Translations under genes and position numbers: made by a program
Source of the DNA: Octopus vulgaris
Lineage: Eukaryota
Reading direction: 5' to 3'
Length of the DNA: 64,000 nt
Assembly: GCA_951406725.2 (NCBI GenBank)
Contig: OX597821.1
Span: 113,398,001-113,462,000, forward strand
Notes under the pieces: generated by a model
Database searches by the model: none
Told to the model about the DNA's origin: nothing
What the model saw: the letters and a program-made list of their open reading frames with translations, nothing else
Shown here: piece after piece, positions 37,038 to 51,496 of the stretch
Numbering within the stretch: position 1 is the stretch's first letter
Layout: each line of letters begins with the position of its first letter

Positions 37038-39784
37038 TTTCTTCTTACATAAGATATAATTTCATTTATTCAACATCAGTCTGCTGTAGGTGTTGGGTAC
37101 CCAGTGTAATGAGCTATAAATGTGGTAAATCAAGCATCCATTTAGTTTAATATTCTTCGTCAATTCTTGCCTTGGTACTTACTTTCTGATGAGAAATTAC
37201 ACCAATTTCAGTGGAATGTAATTAGAAAATTGTAAGTTAGCCCAAAGCTGATTATTGAAACTTTTTAAAGAATTAATTCTTCAATAAGTTTGAGAATATT
37301 GATGATGGAATGTAAACTACCAGACAATCAGCTGAGCTATGTATATCTTATCATTAGCGCTATATTCTGTCCATTACTAAGACACCGGGTCATATGACTC
37401 AGTTGACACAGCTGAAAATATTTCCTGCTGGCTAAGAACAACTTGCTGCTTTAAGCAGTGACAGCAATGTCAATTTGACACTGTTATTGGAAGCCTCTTA
37501 CTGTGATCAATCTGATAACAGTAACCAACTGGTCATGTTGATCAAAGGATACAACCAATATTCAGAACATTGTCAAGGTGACAAGCCGGCAGAAACGTTA
37601 GCACACTGCGTGAAATGCTTAGCGGTATTTCATCTATCTTGACGTTCTGAGTTCAAATTCTGCCAAGGTCGACTTTGCCTTTCCTTCTTTCAGAGTCAAT
37701 AAATTAAGTACCAGTTGCATACTGGGGTTATTCTAATCAACTCACCCCTCCCCAAAAATTTCGATACTTGTGCCTAGAGTAGAAAAGAATATTCAGAACA
37801 TTGTACAAAGTGAATAATCTTTAATTAATTTTAGTATGATGAATTTTACACTCACTAATTTTAATAACGATAATCATTTAATTATATTATCTGAGAAAAC
37901 ACCTCCCAGGGTGTGTGTGTGTGTGCACATACATATGCAAACATGGTTGTATGATTGAGAGGCTTGTGGTCTTGGGGGTTCATCCCCAATGTGCAACACT
38001 TTAGGAAAGTGTCTTCTATAATCTTGGCCCATCCAAAGCTTTGTGAGGGGGATTTTATTTTTGGAAACTTAACAAAACCCATCATAGATACGTGTGTGTG
38101 TACCCCTCTTGACATCGTGTTATGATGGTAAATGAGTATCACAGTCATACAAGTAATGTTTATTTCAAGTCTTCTCTGACAAAGATGTCTAGCCAAGGGA
38201 AAATATTGCCTTGATTGGATACAGTTAAGGGTTGGTGACAGGAAGGGTATCCAGCCATAGAATATCTGCCTCAACAAATCCCAACTGAACCATGATAGTA
38301 CGGAAAAATTAGCATTAAATGATGCTGAGGATGACATGCACCAATATAACAAACCACACTGACCATTATTGACATACCATTAGCTGCATACCCTGTGCCA
38401 AAATGCAGTTCCACCACCAACATAGACCTAGCTTGTGTCTGCAAGTAGCAGGCTTTTATTTTGGTCTCTAGCTTTTCTATTGGTTGTGTAGCAGTTGACT
38501 TGAAAATTCTGATGAGACTAGTCTGAATTTTGATTTTAATGAGCTGAAAACTTTTAATTAATTTTAGATAGTAAATTTTGCAGGGCCCCTGATTTGGCTT
38601 GCAATGGTCATTTCCCAACATTTGTGATTATAATAGGCAGCTGTCACTACATTTCATTAATTTCCAGTATTTGGAAAGGAATGAGCTCCGACCAAGATAT
38701 ACCAAGATGCAATGCATAAATGTTGGAGGGTTGACATTGGTTATGGTAGTGGTAAAATGCCCCTCTGAAGGTTCAATAGTATTTCTTTCAACACACGAAT
38801 TCACATCAAGAATCTTGCAAACCAAATACAAATACGAACTATGATAAGCTCCAGCTTTTTTTATACAATTCCTTAAAATATTTAATTGCAAAAATATACC
38901 AGCATCGCCTTACTGGCACCTGTGCTGGTGGCATGTGTAAAAGATTCAAGCGATGTCGTTGCCAGTACCGCCTGACTTGCCCCGTGCCGGTGGCACATAA
39001 AAGCACCCACTACACTCTCGGAGTGGTTGGCGTTAGGAAGGGCATTCAGCTGTAGAAACTCTGCCAGATCAAGATTGAAGTCTAGTGCAGCCATTTGGTT
39101 CGCTAGCCCTCAGTCATTTGTCCAACCCATGCTAGCATGGAAAGCAGACATTAAATGATGATGATGATAGGATTTTTTTAACAAGGGAGTCCAGTAGAAT
39201 AAAATAAGAATAAAAGGGGTCCACAAGCAAAAAATGGTTGAAATCCACTGCAAGTTTCTTAAGACCAATAAAAATGTCTGGGTGATGTCACCACCACCAC
39301 CACCAGTGGGTTAACAATCTCCACACATTAACTCTACTGTTTCCTAGTTATTCTAAGTCATTGCTTCATCATTTGAGTATTGAGTAACACCATTCATCTG
39401 CCAAATCGTAAAAATAGGTTCATACCCAAACTACAATAATTAATGTCTTTGTAAGTTACATATAGTTGAATCTTAGTATGCGCTGCATGTTGTGATGAGC
39501 CACTGTTTTTCTTGACCATGTTTAGCCAGACTGTTTAATATTTTTTTTTTATTACATCTCTAGATATCACTTCCAATAACATTTTAGGAGCAATTTGCGC
39601 ATCAGGTTGTATAAGGTTCTTAAGGAGTTAAAAGCAGTGGCTTCAGTGTTTTTTTACCAATAGGAAACAACAACCATAGTTAATGGACTAAAGTTATTTT
39701 ATGGTGTCAGGTCTGAAGTGGAGTGTTAGCAAAAAGAGAAAAGAAAAAACCTTCAGCTTCTTGGTATTGGTAACACATATATGA

Positions 39785-39809
39785 ATGCACACACATGCAC
39801 GCACACACA

Positions 39810-39893
<84 letters not shown>

Positions 39894-39951
39894 TTGTATA
39901 TGCACATAGACATACACACATGTATGTACACAAACACGCGTGTATACACTC

Positions 39952-39990
<39 letters not shown>

Positions 39991-40012
39991 TCTATACACA
40001 CGTACACACACA
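39785..40012. repeat. (CA)n-(CT)n-(CA)n-(TA)n microsatellite
   Basis: Direct reading. Confidence 0.95.
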
Positions 40013-40483
40013 TATGGTTCCAATTTAAAAACTCAATCCAACTAATACTGCAATTGATTTGTTTTCTTTTCTGAAGAGATATAAAAAAAAATATAAATGA
40101 CATTGCATAATGACGTCTTTTCAATTGGAACAAAGTCCCTTTTGTTCACACATATATATATATATTTATGTACGTATGTATGTAGTTGCTTATAAAGAGA
40201 GAAAAAAAGCTTTAACACTGGTAATTTGTTTGTTTGACCTGATGAAGTGTGTGAACAGCAAAGCTGACACCAACGTTGCCTTTAAAACTGTTCAGAATCT
40301 TAAACCTAAACCATGTGAAGTCTTTATTTCTTCTCTCATTGCTTAGTTCCTTCTCAAAGTGTGTACATCGTAAGCAAATGTAAATATATCTTTAATTCTC
40401 TTGCGTAAACTTATCTTCCTATATTATCAATGGTTTATTGCTGTTTATTCAGTAATTATTAAGTCAATCCCTGATCTTAGGTC

Positions 40484-40520
<37 letters not shown>

Positions 40521-41341
40521 ATTTGTATGTATATTTATGTAACAAGTGTATAATGTATGTGTATATGCAAATTTATTGTGCATGTTACCAACTCTCACCT
40601 GCTTTTTCTCTTGTTCTCTCTCTCACATGTACTTATGTACACACACATACACACACACACAGAGCTTCTATAGAAATATGAAAACTATATTTCCATTAAT
40701 TTGTTAAAATGATCGCCTTTATTTTTTTTCGTTACTTAAACTACACCACTTTTTTTGTAGCTAATATTTTTTGATGAGGTTTTCACCATAAGATTGATCG
40801 CATAAAGCTCTTTCATTTGAACACAACTATTGTAACATATATATATTTATATATATATATGTTCTTTTACAAGCCCTGAAACAGTTTGATTCAAAGTCAG
40901 TTTTGTGGGGTTATTTACAATTTTAAAAATTTTATTGTAACCAAAAGCCACACTGCATTTTTCGTAGCTTAGACTTTTTAATGAGGTTTTCACCTACAAT
41001 TTCAGTAACTGGGCAAAGTTGTTTTATGGTAGACCAGCAGTCACCCATGCATACCAGACTCCCGTCTCCACACCACTGATTATATCCAAGGGAAGGCAAA
41101 GGGGCCAATACAACTTGGCACCAGCAATGTTGCAACTCTTTTCTGCAACTGAGGGAACGGGAGCCACAGGAAAATAAAGTGTCTTACTCAAGAACACAAC
41201 ACAGAGCTCAGTCTGGGAATCAAACTCACTATCTCATGATTGTGAGCTCAATGCTCTAACCACTGAACCATGCACCTAGATATATAGATAGACAGATGGA
41301 GAGAGATAGACACAACATTGCCTTCAAAATGTTGTCTGTCT

Positions 41342-41760
41342 GTCTCCTCTCTTATACACAAGTTTTATTCTCAACACATTTTTGCTCTATCAGTAATACA
41401 CACCCTAATGTTATATATCCAAAGGATTCAGTGTATGATTCACTGAGCAAAGGATTCAGTGTATGATGTTTGTGTTGGAAGTAACCTTTTATAGCAAAGC
41501 AGAGAAACATGGGATTTGAATAGGGAGGATGTGTGAAGACTGGACAGAAATGGGGCCTGCATGCTCTGTTGGATATATAGCATTAGGGTGTGTGTCACTG
41601 ATAGAGCAAAACTGTGTTGAGAGTAAAAACTTGTGTATAAGAGAGGAGACTGCACTGGTTTGGACACTGGTGCTTGTGAAGGATATTAGTTGCATAAAAA
41701 AGTGCCAAGCAATCACAATGAAAAAAAGGCCTGTAAAAGAGGAAGACATGGGAAATAAAG
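41342..41760 (+). mobile_element. RTE-like LINE fragment with inverted duplication
   Basis: gagaggagactgcactggtttggacac encodes ERRLHWFGH. 41342-41422 is the reverse complement of 41569-41650. Confidence 0.7.
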
Positions 41761-42024
41761 GAGAAGGCTGGGCCTCACAAATGGCAAAGATTGCATATCC
41801 AATCTATGCAAGGACAGAAGCAAGCAAAATGGACATACTTACTTGGCAACGTCACTATTACTGGAGTCCTGTGAAAATGCATCTTCTATGCTTAGCAAAG
41901 TGGTTAATGTTAGGAAGTGCATCCAGCTGTGGAAAATTGGCCAAAATAGACATTGGAGCTTGACACAGTCTTCCAGTTCATTGGATCCTGTCAAACTGTC
42001 CAAACCATATATATGTACGGAAGG

Positions 42025-42168
42025 AGAAATGTGTATGTGAAGGGTGTAAGTATGTGAGTATGTATGATTATGTTTGTGTGTGTGTGTGTGTGCATATGTA
42101 TGTATGTGTGTATGTATGTATGTTTGTATGTATGTGTGTGTTTGTATGTATATATGTTTGTTTGTATG

Positions 42169-42199
<31 letters not shown>

Positions 42200-42214
42200 G
42201 CATGTGTGTACATT

Positions 42215-42299
<85 letters not shown>

Positions 42300-42463
42300 A
42301 TATGTATGTATGTGTGTATGTATGTATGTATATATGTTTGTATGTATGTATGTATGTATATATATATATATATATATGCATGTGTGTACATTTGCGAGTG
42401 TGTGTGTATATATATATATATTCATATATATATATATATGTGCATTTTTGTGTGTATATATAC

Positions 42464-42497
<34 letters not shown>

Positions 42498-42540
42498 ATA
42501 TATGCATTTGTGTGTGTGTGTATGTATGTATGTATGTATC
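42025..42540. repeat. Compound (TG)n/(TA)n/(TATG)n microsatellite with higher-order duplication
   Basis: Pure alternating purine-pyrimidine tract; block tatatatgcatgtgtgtacatttg occurs twice. Confidence 0.95.
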
Positions 42541-42854
42541 TCATACTGATAGATTAAATGTTATGCATAATTTATAATTTAAGCAAAACATAAATTTATG
42601 GATAAAGAATATGTTGAATATTAATATAGTAATAATGATGATGATAATAATAATATTGTTGCACACATGTGAGCAACAACCTTTTCCAACATCCACTTCT
42701 TGCAAATGTCCTGAAGAGTGGTGGTGGTGGGGTGTCTTCACCTCAAAATATGAAAATACAAGGTAAAACTGCAACTTTGTTCTGTTTTTTTTTTTCCTTT
42801 TGTAGTTTACTTTGTCCGTTCTCACATTGTTCCAGCCTTACACAACAACCTTCT

Positions 42855-42896
<42 letters not shown>

Positions 42897-43413
42897 TTTT
42901 TACAGTTGGTTGCAGCTTGTGGAAGTGAACTTGTAGTATCATACTAAAACTCACAATTATATTTCTCAGATTTGATTCAAACTGTCTTTGGTATTGGTTT
43001 ATAAATTATTTTGGTAAGTTGTCCAGTCCTTGATTTATCTTGGGTGTAAAAGTTCTCTTCTAACTCCATGCTGAGCACTCCTAAAAAAATATAGTAATCT
43101 CTTGAAAAGTCTTGAAAGTGACTGTTTTTGAAGAACTCGTTGGGGTTGGTTAGGACCTTTAATGGGGGAGTTATAGCATTGCCCTATCTCTTAGCTTTTC
43201 TTCTATTTGTTTCAGTGTTTGGACTGCAACAACACTGAGGCATTGTCCTGAAGGGTTTCAGACAAACAAATTGACCCCAGCACTTATTTAAATCTGGTAC
43301 TTATTCTACAAGCCTCTTTTGTCAAACTGCTAAGTTATGAGGATGTAAACAAACCAACACTCTTTGTCAAGTAGTTTGGAAAGGACAAAGACATATATAC
43401 ACACTTGCACACA

Positions 43414-43448
<35 letters not shown>

Positions 43449-46400
43449 TGGGCTTCCATTTAATTTCCAACTACCAAATTCACTGTCGAACCATTAGCTG
43501 ACCTGAGGCTATAGTAAAAGATGCCAAGGTGCCATTCAGTGTGATTGAACCTGAACCAATGTGATGACAAAGCAAGTTTCTCAACCTCACAGCTATGTCT
43601 GCACCTTGTATAAAAAGCATCTAAGTCCACTCTGTAAGGTGGTTGGCATTAGGAACGGCACCCAACTGTAGAAACCATGCCAAAACAGACAGTTGGAACC
43701 TAGTGCAGCTCTCTGGCTTGTCAGCTCCTGTCAAACTATCCAACCCATGCCAGCATGGAAAATGGACGTTAAATGATGATGATGAGGAGGATTTATAAGT
43801 GATGGTTATCTAATATAATTAACTGTTAAATTCTGAGCTTTGGAAATGGTCATTAACAATCGCTATAAATGAAACAAAATTTTCAGGGGCTTAGGCTTTT
43901 TTGATAATTACAAAGTTTTTTTGAGAGGTGCCAGCAGCTTCTAACTGTGTGCTGTTGGAGAATGGTTTGGTGTTTCTTTCACATCTAAACATCTTTTTGC
44001 CCTCTGCTGAACTGTCTTCTTTTTCCACAACTTGTCTTCATCTTGGGCATCTACTTAGAAGCATGTAACCACTCTCACAACTATAAGTTCTGAAACACCA
44101 AATCCTTTGGTGATTGTTTTCTTCTTAGGTGACTGAGACTATGGCAGTCTTTGGCTGAGTCTTGCATGCAAACCCACTTGACCAAACTCCATTCTTTTGA
44201 ATGCACCCATAAGTACCATATCCATTTGTTTCTTTCATCTTTCCTTAACTCTGGTGACCTTCTAAAACTCACTCAACTCCACCAGCTCAACAGATACCCT
44301 TCTCTTTAAATCAATGGTTGGCAAAGTGGTTAGTATTCCCTCCTAGGGGTCTGTGGTTGTCCATGAGTTCGATAAACACCCGAAATGATTTTGAGCATTA
44401 AGAGCACTGGATTGTTAATGACACAACATGACTATATTTTTATAGTTCTTTATTAATTTCACTAAGCATTTTCATAAATTTTCTTTAAATATTTCTTATT
44501 TAAAAAAAAAAACAAAAACAAAAAAGACTGAAAAAATTATTGCTTTTAAATCATGAAATTTTTTTTATTGATTATCCTTTAAAATTCTATTTTAGAAATT
44601 TATATGATAGAAGTCAATAAGTTATCAACAATTTCACATAGGGGGTCAATGAGATAACAAGTTTGCCAACCCCTGATTTAAATCCAACTTTTTTGTACTC
44701 CTCATATTCTTGTGTTGTGTCTCTTTTAAAATGTAATGAATGCTTTTCAGAATTTGTTGATAATATTCTATGTCTTCATTTAAGGAAATAATGAATCCCA
44801 TTTGTCTCTCCGTTACTCATCGATCCTTTTTGAGATTGTATATGAAATATCAAATGCTGTACATTGCAGTGTTAAGATGATGCTTCTTTTTTTGATTATA
44901 CCCTTCTGCTGTGGTTTTCCCATTGATACAATGTTATAAAAATAAAAACAAATAATTTAAATAAACACCTCTAGGAACTTTCTTCAACAAGACTTAATTT
45001 TGAAATTTGTCTGAGCATGTAATTACTAATGGTTACTTGCTGATGATGACACTCAAAGATGCTGAAATTTAGAATTAGCAATTCCATTGCTGCTGCTGGA
45101 TGCTTTCTGTCTGCTCAGGAATATATTTCTGTGCTTTTTAGCACTGTGCATCTAAACAAGATGCTTTCTCAAGACAAATATCACTTTTTTTCCTGGCTAT
45201 TTTACAGTATATCTATATCAACTAAGATTTACAGAATGCTATTTTGAATGCTTCCATTGTTGAGAATGCTTCCATTGCTAGAATGCTGTTGTTGCTAATA
45301 ATGGTATATAATATATATGTGTGTGCCTACCAGAACAGAATGGAGATCCTAAAATCACAGTGCCATGTAAAAAGTACTGGTGCTACCTAAAAAACTTTGG
45401 TGATGGTACCATGTAAAAAGCACCCAGTACATTGTAAAGTTGGTGCTAGGAAGGGCATCAAGCCATAGAAACCAAGCCAAAACAGACTATAGAACCAGGT
45501 GTAGCCCCTGACCTAGCCAGTTCCTGTCAAGCTGTCCAACACATGCTATCATGGGAAACATGTTAAATGATGATGATGTATTATATGTGACTGTATTTTA
45601 TATATATATATATATTAGACAAGTTTCAAAAACTACAAAATATAAATATCCACACTACAACACTTGAAACGTACCTCTTATAACTCTTTATCTCAATTTG
45701 AATGTACATGAAGGTATTTAGAATGCCCAAACTTATTTCTGCAAATGTGCTTAGCACTGATGCTGATCAGTTTAATCAATAAGTGTAGGAGCACTAAAAA
45801 TAGTGGGGTCAGTGGGGCCTCATTTAAGCGGCCCTTCAGAAATTGAACCTCCTTACAATACTCCCTGGGAGTCCATGGTATGAAATTCATTATCATTGCT
45901 CCGATTTGGTCTCCAATGCCACATTTAGTTTAATATGCTGTAAAAATAGGAGTCAGTGGGATCCCAAATAGGTGGCCCTTAAAAAAGTAGACCCCTTTAG
46001 GACATCCCTATGGGATTAGAGGAGTTGCTGGTTTGAGTTTCATTGTCCTTGCACCAACGGTCTAGGAGGAGTTAAAGAACATAATAACGTAACAGACAGA
46101 GAAACATCACTCAGATTTATAGTAGGATAAAATCAATAAGTGGAGTAGCTGACTTTATACTCCTCCCATGGTTTACAATTGTTTCAACAATGTACAAGTG
46201 ACAGACCAAACAGCATGTATGTAGACCTGGATGAGAACTGTGACATCTTGCCCCTTGTGTAATGTATATGGGATGATAGCTTGTGCAGTCATCTATTCAT
46301 AGCTGAACAAATGAATAAAATACAATTTCAGATAGTTGCCACCCACATGAGTGCTATTTGAAGTAAACACCTGGATTATCTGTTCCTTTCTCTCTTGCTA

Positions 46401-46497
46401 CATACACACACAACACACACACACATGCACTGTACTTATGCATACTCATAACAGTTTATCTATAGACATAAAAACAGTGTTGATATGATGAACTTAA

Positions 46498-46697
46498 TCC
46501 TTTAGTGTTCACATATTTTTGAATTAATCATGCCTTACCTTGTAGCTTCAAATCTCATAGCTTCAAGATTTTGATAATATAGTTGTCTATTTTTAGAGTG
46601 ATATTGTAGGGTAGGTGTGAAAAGTTGGATCAGGCCAGTTTGAACATAAAACCAGTAAAATATTCAGTCTGTATTGAACAGTTTAAATGCTAAAGGG
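46498..46697. mobile_element. piggyBac-like MITE family F (also about 9047-9205, 11422-11638, 15696-15894)
   Basis: TTAA flanks, CCCTTTAG-type termini, about 200 bp, several diverged copies in the window. Confidence 0.7.
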
Positions 46698-46864
46698 TTA
46701 AGCTGTAATGAATGAAGAAAGTTTATCCTGATAACACTGCTGTGTTATGAAGGCAAACTTTAACTTACCTTATTTTTAGATTAATTCTGAATTGTTCTAA
46801 ATTCCTTTAAATTTAAATAAATTATCAATACCTGTGTAAATTTTTCTGTTATTTTTCCTTTTAG

Positions 46865-46915
46865 TCCAAAGATAAAATGATGAGGGGTGATCGGCGAAGA
46901 TGTGTCCGATTAAAG
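46865..46915 (+). CDS. OSBPL9: OSBPL9 exon 2 (SKDKMMRGDRRRCVRLK)
   Basis: Acceptor tttcctttTAG, donor GTAAGT, 51 nt, phase 0-0. Matches ORP9 SKDKMMRGSRRGCVRLR. Confidence 0.95.
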
Positions 46916-49900
46916 GTAAGTTACCTTTCTTCATTAAAAACACAGTAATATTTGTTGGTGTTTCTTGGTATTAGTTTAGTCTGGATTTTTTTTTTTAATG
47001 GAATAGTATGTGTGGGATGGGGTTGTGGGGAAGACAGATGTGTACCAAGGCAACATACATTGTTATCCTTGAATTCAGCATAGTTGTTATGTATGCACTT
47101 ATTTTAATTTTACTATTAGGAAAGGCATCCAGCTGTAGAAACATTATCAGATTGGAGCCTGGTGCAGCTGCTGGCTCTCCAAACCTCAGTTGAACTGTCC
47201 AGCCCATGCCAACTTGAAAACGGACATTAAACGATGATGATATATGTATATATAATTTGGTGGCATATAAAAAGCACCATTCAAGCGTGGTCGATGCCAC
47301 TGCCGGTTGACTGGTCCTGTGCCAGTGGTACATTAAAAGCACCATTCAAGCATGGTTGTTGCCAGTGCCGCCTCACTAGTCCTCATGCTGGTGGCATGTA
47401 AAAAGCACCCACTTCACTCTCGGAGTGGTTGGCATTAGGAAGGACGTTCAGCTGTAGAAACTTTAACAAATTAGATCGGAGCCTCGTGCAGCCTTCTGGC
47501 TTGCCAGCCCTCAGGCAGACCATCCAACCCATGCCAGCATGGAAATTGGACGTTAAACGTTGATGATGATGATGATATAAATTGATAGAACATGGGCATA
47601 GCTTGGTATTCCTTTTTTCCTGTTACATATGTTTCACTATTCAGCAATGCCTGGCACCACACTACAGATGCAGCCAGTAGATGCAGCTCATGGAACAAAC
47701 ATGTAGCAAACACATTGTCAGATAATCAATGTAGAAATATTAGACAAGCAGCAATCAAATTGAGACACACTGGAGGCACATGCGGAAGGGGGATGGAGGA
47801 GGTAGGTAGTTAAGCCGGCCATCATGCGCTCTTTGTATTATGCCATAGCCCACCATCAGATGCAGACAACATGTGTGCAAGCAATAATTCTAGTTTAACA
47901 TGATTAACATTAGAGCTGAAACCTATGTGGTTTAATTGGTGTGCATCTAATCGTACCTATATATATTTATATATATATATATAAAATTAAAGAAAATGGC
48001 AAAGAAAAACAAATATAGTGAAATCTCAGTTAAATTGATTTGTACCACAATGGAAAGTAATACATGTAAGATTCAGGAATGGATCAACAAAAGAAATAAC
48101 CAGAAAAAAATCCTACATATGTTTCAGTCCGGCTTTAGGTTTGAACTATCAGCATTCAATCTATTTTAGATGCAATAAAAATTACATTTAGTCGGATACA
48201 AATAAATTTAACCAAGTATCCACTATATTTTTTCTTCTCCTTTTTCTATTAACTTTACACATTATTGGACTGTTTATATATTGTGGAACTTTCTTTCAAT
48301 ATTTTTGATAACACCAGTTGGTATCTAGACTTATAGATAATCCCTTAAGAGGAAATTAAATCCTGAATACTTGTGTGTATATATAAGGTGTATTATGAGC
48401 ATTTATAGGATATAATCCTATATAAACTCAACTGTGGAGGCACAATGGCCCAGTGGTTAGGGCAGCAGACTCGTAATCGATAGGATCGCGTTTTCAATTC
48501 CCAGACCAGGTGTTGAGCAAAGGCACCTGAAGCTCCACAAGGCTCTGGCAGGGAGTGGTGGCGAACCCTGCTGTACTCTATTACCACAATTTCACTCTTT
48601 CTTCCTGTTTCTGTTGTACCTGTATTTCAAAGGGGCCAGCCTTGTCACTCTCTGTGTCACACTGAATCTCCCCAAGAACTACATTAAGGGTACACGTGTC
48701 TGTAGAGTGCTCAGCCATTTCAACATTAATTTCTTGAGCAGGCTGTTCCGTTGATTGGATCAACTGGAACCTTTGTCGTTGTGACCGACGGAGTGTCATG
48801 ACAATGATATATATATATAAGTGCTGAAATGTGTATTGTGAGATACAAATAAGGTAATCTATTTTCAAATGCACAAACGCTGATAGAACAGCAGAGACAG
48901 GATAAAATATCCATACAAAGCGGAAAAATATGCCAGCAACAAGCCATAGATATATAATCATCATTTAACATCTGTCTTCCATGCTGGTGTAGATTGGACA
49001 TTTTGACAGGATGCAGTGAGCCCCAGTGTCTGCTTGGACATGGTTTCTATGGCTGGATGCCCTTCCTAATGCCAACCACTTAACAGTGTGCGCTGAGTAC
49101 TTGTTTTTATGGAATCAGTAGCAGTGAGGTCACCGAGTAGCTTGCAAGACTAAGAATCCCTTGTGCTGAGTGAGGTCACAGTAGAGTAGGAGGTAGTTTT
49201 GTTGTTTGGAGACGAGTGGGTTAAAGTATGAAAGAAAGATCCAGAACAGATTTCTTGCTGTAGAGGTGCTACATGGTTACTTGCATTATAAAGGAATGGA
49301 TGTAACTGGGGTGGATATGGAAAGAGGGATAAAATAGTTGTGATGAGGTGTCAGGGTGGACCCTAAAAGTACTAGAAGCTAAACAGAAGTCTATTTAAGA
49401 CTTTTCTTACCAAGTTAAGTAATTTCCGTTATTCTTGATTTTTTTGCAAAACTGAATCTAATAACTTTGAATTTCCTTTTGGTGTTCCCACTTATGCGTA
49501 CCTTTTCCTTCTTTGGACACTAAAGCTCTGCTTGCGAAGACCTGTTGAGGCAAGTGAAATCAAAATCAAATCAAATTCGATGACTGGCATCCGTGCTAGC
49601 GGAGTGCAAAGAGCACCATACGAGTGTGTTCCTTGACAGAGCGGCTAACCGGCTTCCGTGCCAGTGGCACCTAAAAGGCACCATTCTAGCGTGATTGTTA
49701 CCAACGTCACCTTACTGGCACCTGTGCTTGTGGCATGTGTAAAAGATTCGAGCGAGGTTGTTGCCAGAACCGCCTGACTGGCACGTAAAAGCACCCACTA
49801 CACTCTCGGTGTGGTTGGCATTAGGAAGGGCATCCAGCTGTAGAAACTCTGCCAGATCGAGATTGAAGCCTGGTGCAGCCATCTGGTTCGCTAGCCCTCA

Positions 49901-50398
49901 GTCATTCGTCCAACCCATGCTAGCATGGAAAGCGGACGTTAAATGATGATGATGATTCAAATATTTGTAACCCTATAGTTATTTACTCCAAATGGAATGT
50001 TGCAACTCATTTAAAATTCTTTCTCTGGTTTCCCTTCCTACCATAACTATACAAAACAGATAAACAAATACTTCAGTAACATCCTCTCACCCCTTACATA
50101 CTCTTGCCCACTGTTGAGTAATATTTTCTACTCCTACTCCTTTCTGTGGTTGCTATCATAACTTCTACTTCCTAGATCTCTTAATTCTTTTCAACATTAC
50201 ATGAGGTAGGAGGCTGCACCTGTCCATTCTTTTCTCTTCCTCTGAAATTACTGAATGGCATTTCAAATAGTTCTTCTTGCATTTTCTGACTTTGCCAGCT
50301 GCACTAGCCTGAACTGAAACCAATCCCAAGAATTAATATTAACTGCACCAATTAGTATTAACCTTATCACTCTAACATATTACATTTGTTACATTTAT

Positions 50399-50900
50399 TT
50401 AACCTTTTGAATACCAGTTTGTCTGAGTTTGCCCCTGTTTGTGGGATGTAAAATTTCTGTTTTAAAGTTACCTAAATTAAAACCTTCCATTAAAATTTAA
50501 TGAAATTAGGAACTTATGTCCCAAGTATCTGCTTAATAACGACAGTTATTTTACTAAGTTCTTCGTTAGCTTCAAAATTAATTAAAACAAATGCAGTGTA
50601 TTTCATTAGAAATATGTTAACAAATGGGTTAACCCTCTTGGTATCCACCTCTTCTATAGCCTCAAATCTTTGCTGTTCCTAAAATCCTTGCTGGTTCAGC
50701 CATTACAACCTGCCTGAAACTACTTCTGGTTCTCAGATGCAAATTTCCTATTTTAAAGAGACCTAAATTAAAACTCCCCTTCAAAATTTTGTGTTAAATT
50801 ATTTTCTGAATACCAGCTTATTGATGAGTTATTTTTCTAAATTCTATATTCTTTAAAATTAATTGAAACAAAAGCAGGGCATTTCAACAAAACGGTTAAA
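50399..50900. mobile_element. Two tandem piggyBac-like MITEs of family E sharing a TTAA (others at about 710-910, 10774-11020, 52510-52878, 59440-59600, 60268-61713 interrupted)
   Basis: ttaaCCCTTTT...AAAAGGGttaa termini; recurrent core gaagaatttagtaaaataact. Confidence 0.7.
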
Positions 50901-51010
50901 GCTTACATAGAAATAGTAAATTGGAAATTTAGTATTTCTTCACTAAGGCATCACCAACGTCTTTTATAATACAATATAATGTTAGTTGTTTTTTGTTTTG
51001 CTTTTTACAG

Positions 51011-51089
51011 GGAGCCATAATTGGTATTGATGATGAAGACGATAGTACCTTCACTATTACTGCCAACCAGAAGACCTTTCATTTCCAAG
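51011..51089 (+). CDS. OSBPL9: OSBPL9 exon 3 ([26 protein letters not shown])
   Basis: Acceptor tttttacAG, donor GTAAAC, 79 nt (phase 0 to 1). Matches [26 protein letters not shown]. Confidence 0.96.
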
Positions 51090-51496
51090 GTAAACTTCAC
51101 ATGATATCTCATTCTAAAAGTTTATTATTGTTTTGCTTGAGGTCGGCTCTAAATAAATGGGTCTATCATCAAGGTAATTCCACCCAAAATCATCCCATTT
51201 TTCTTATACAAAGAACTACAATATACTGTCACCTTTTTTTTTCTTTTTTAAGGTGGTAGGATATGATTTGAGGAAGATCTGGCTGCTTTTTCTAGTAGAA
51301 ATATACTTATAGTATTTATAATGATGAAGTTGTATAGGTTTTTTTTTTTTCCACTACTTATTATTCTTTTTAAGAATATGCATGAGTTAGATGATATTAA
51401 GAAATGTTATTAATAAGGCAATCTTTATATCCAACTTAACATGGATGATTTGTTAGAACATTGAATGCTGCATTATTGACCTAGAGAGGGCTTCAC

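Noticed and set aside
40196-40337. CTGATGA with a TGAACAG/CTGTTCA stem inside a weak inverted repeat
   Set aside because: No GAAA box or credible stem III; possibly an ancient remnant but not supportable.
41839-42577. Long ORFs (up to 222 aa) rich in H/T/Y/I or C/V/M
   Set aside because: Translations of dinucleotide microsatellites; the same applies at 23663-24069, 39694-40133, 58244-58805 and 62129-62614.
45040-45085. CTGATGA...GAAA hammerhead-like motif
   Set aside because: Stems I and II do not pair in register.
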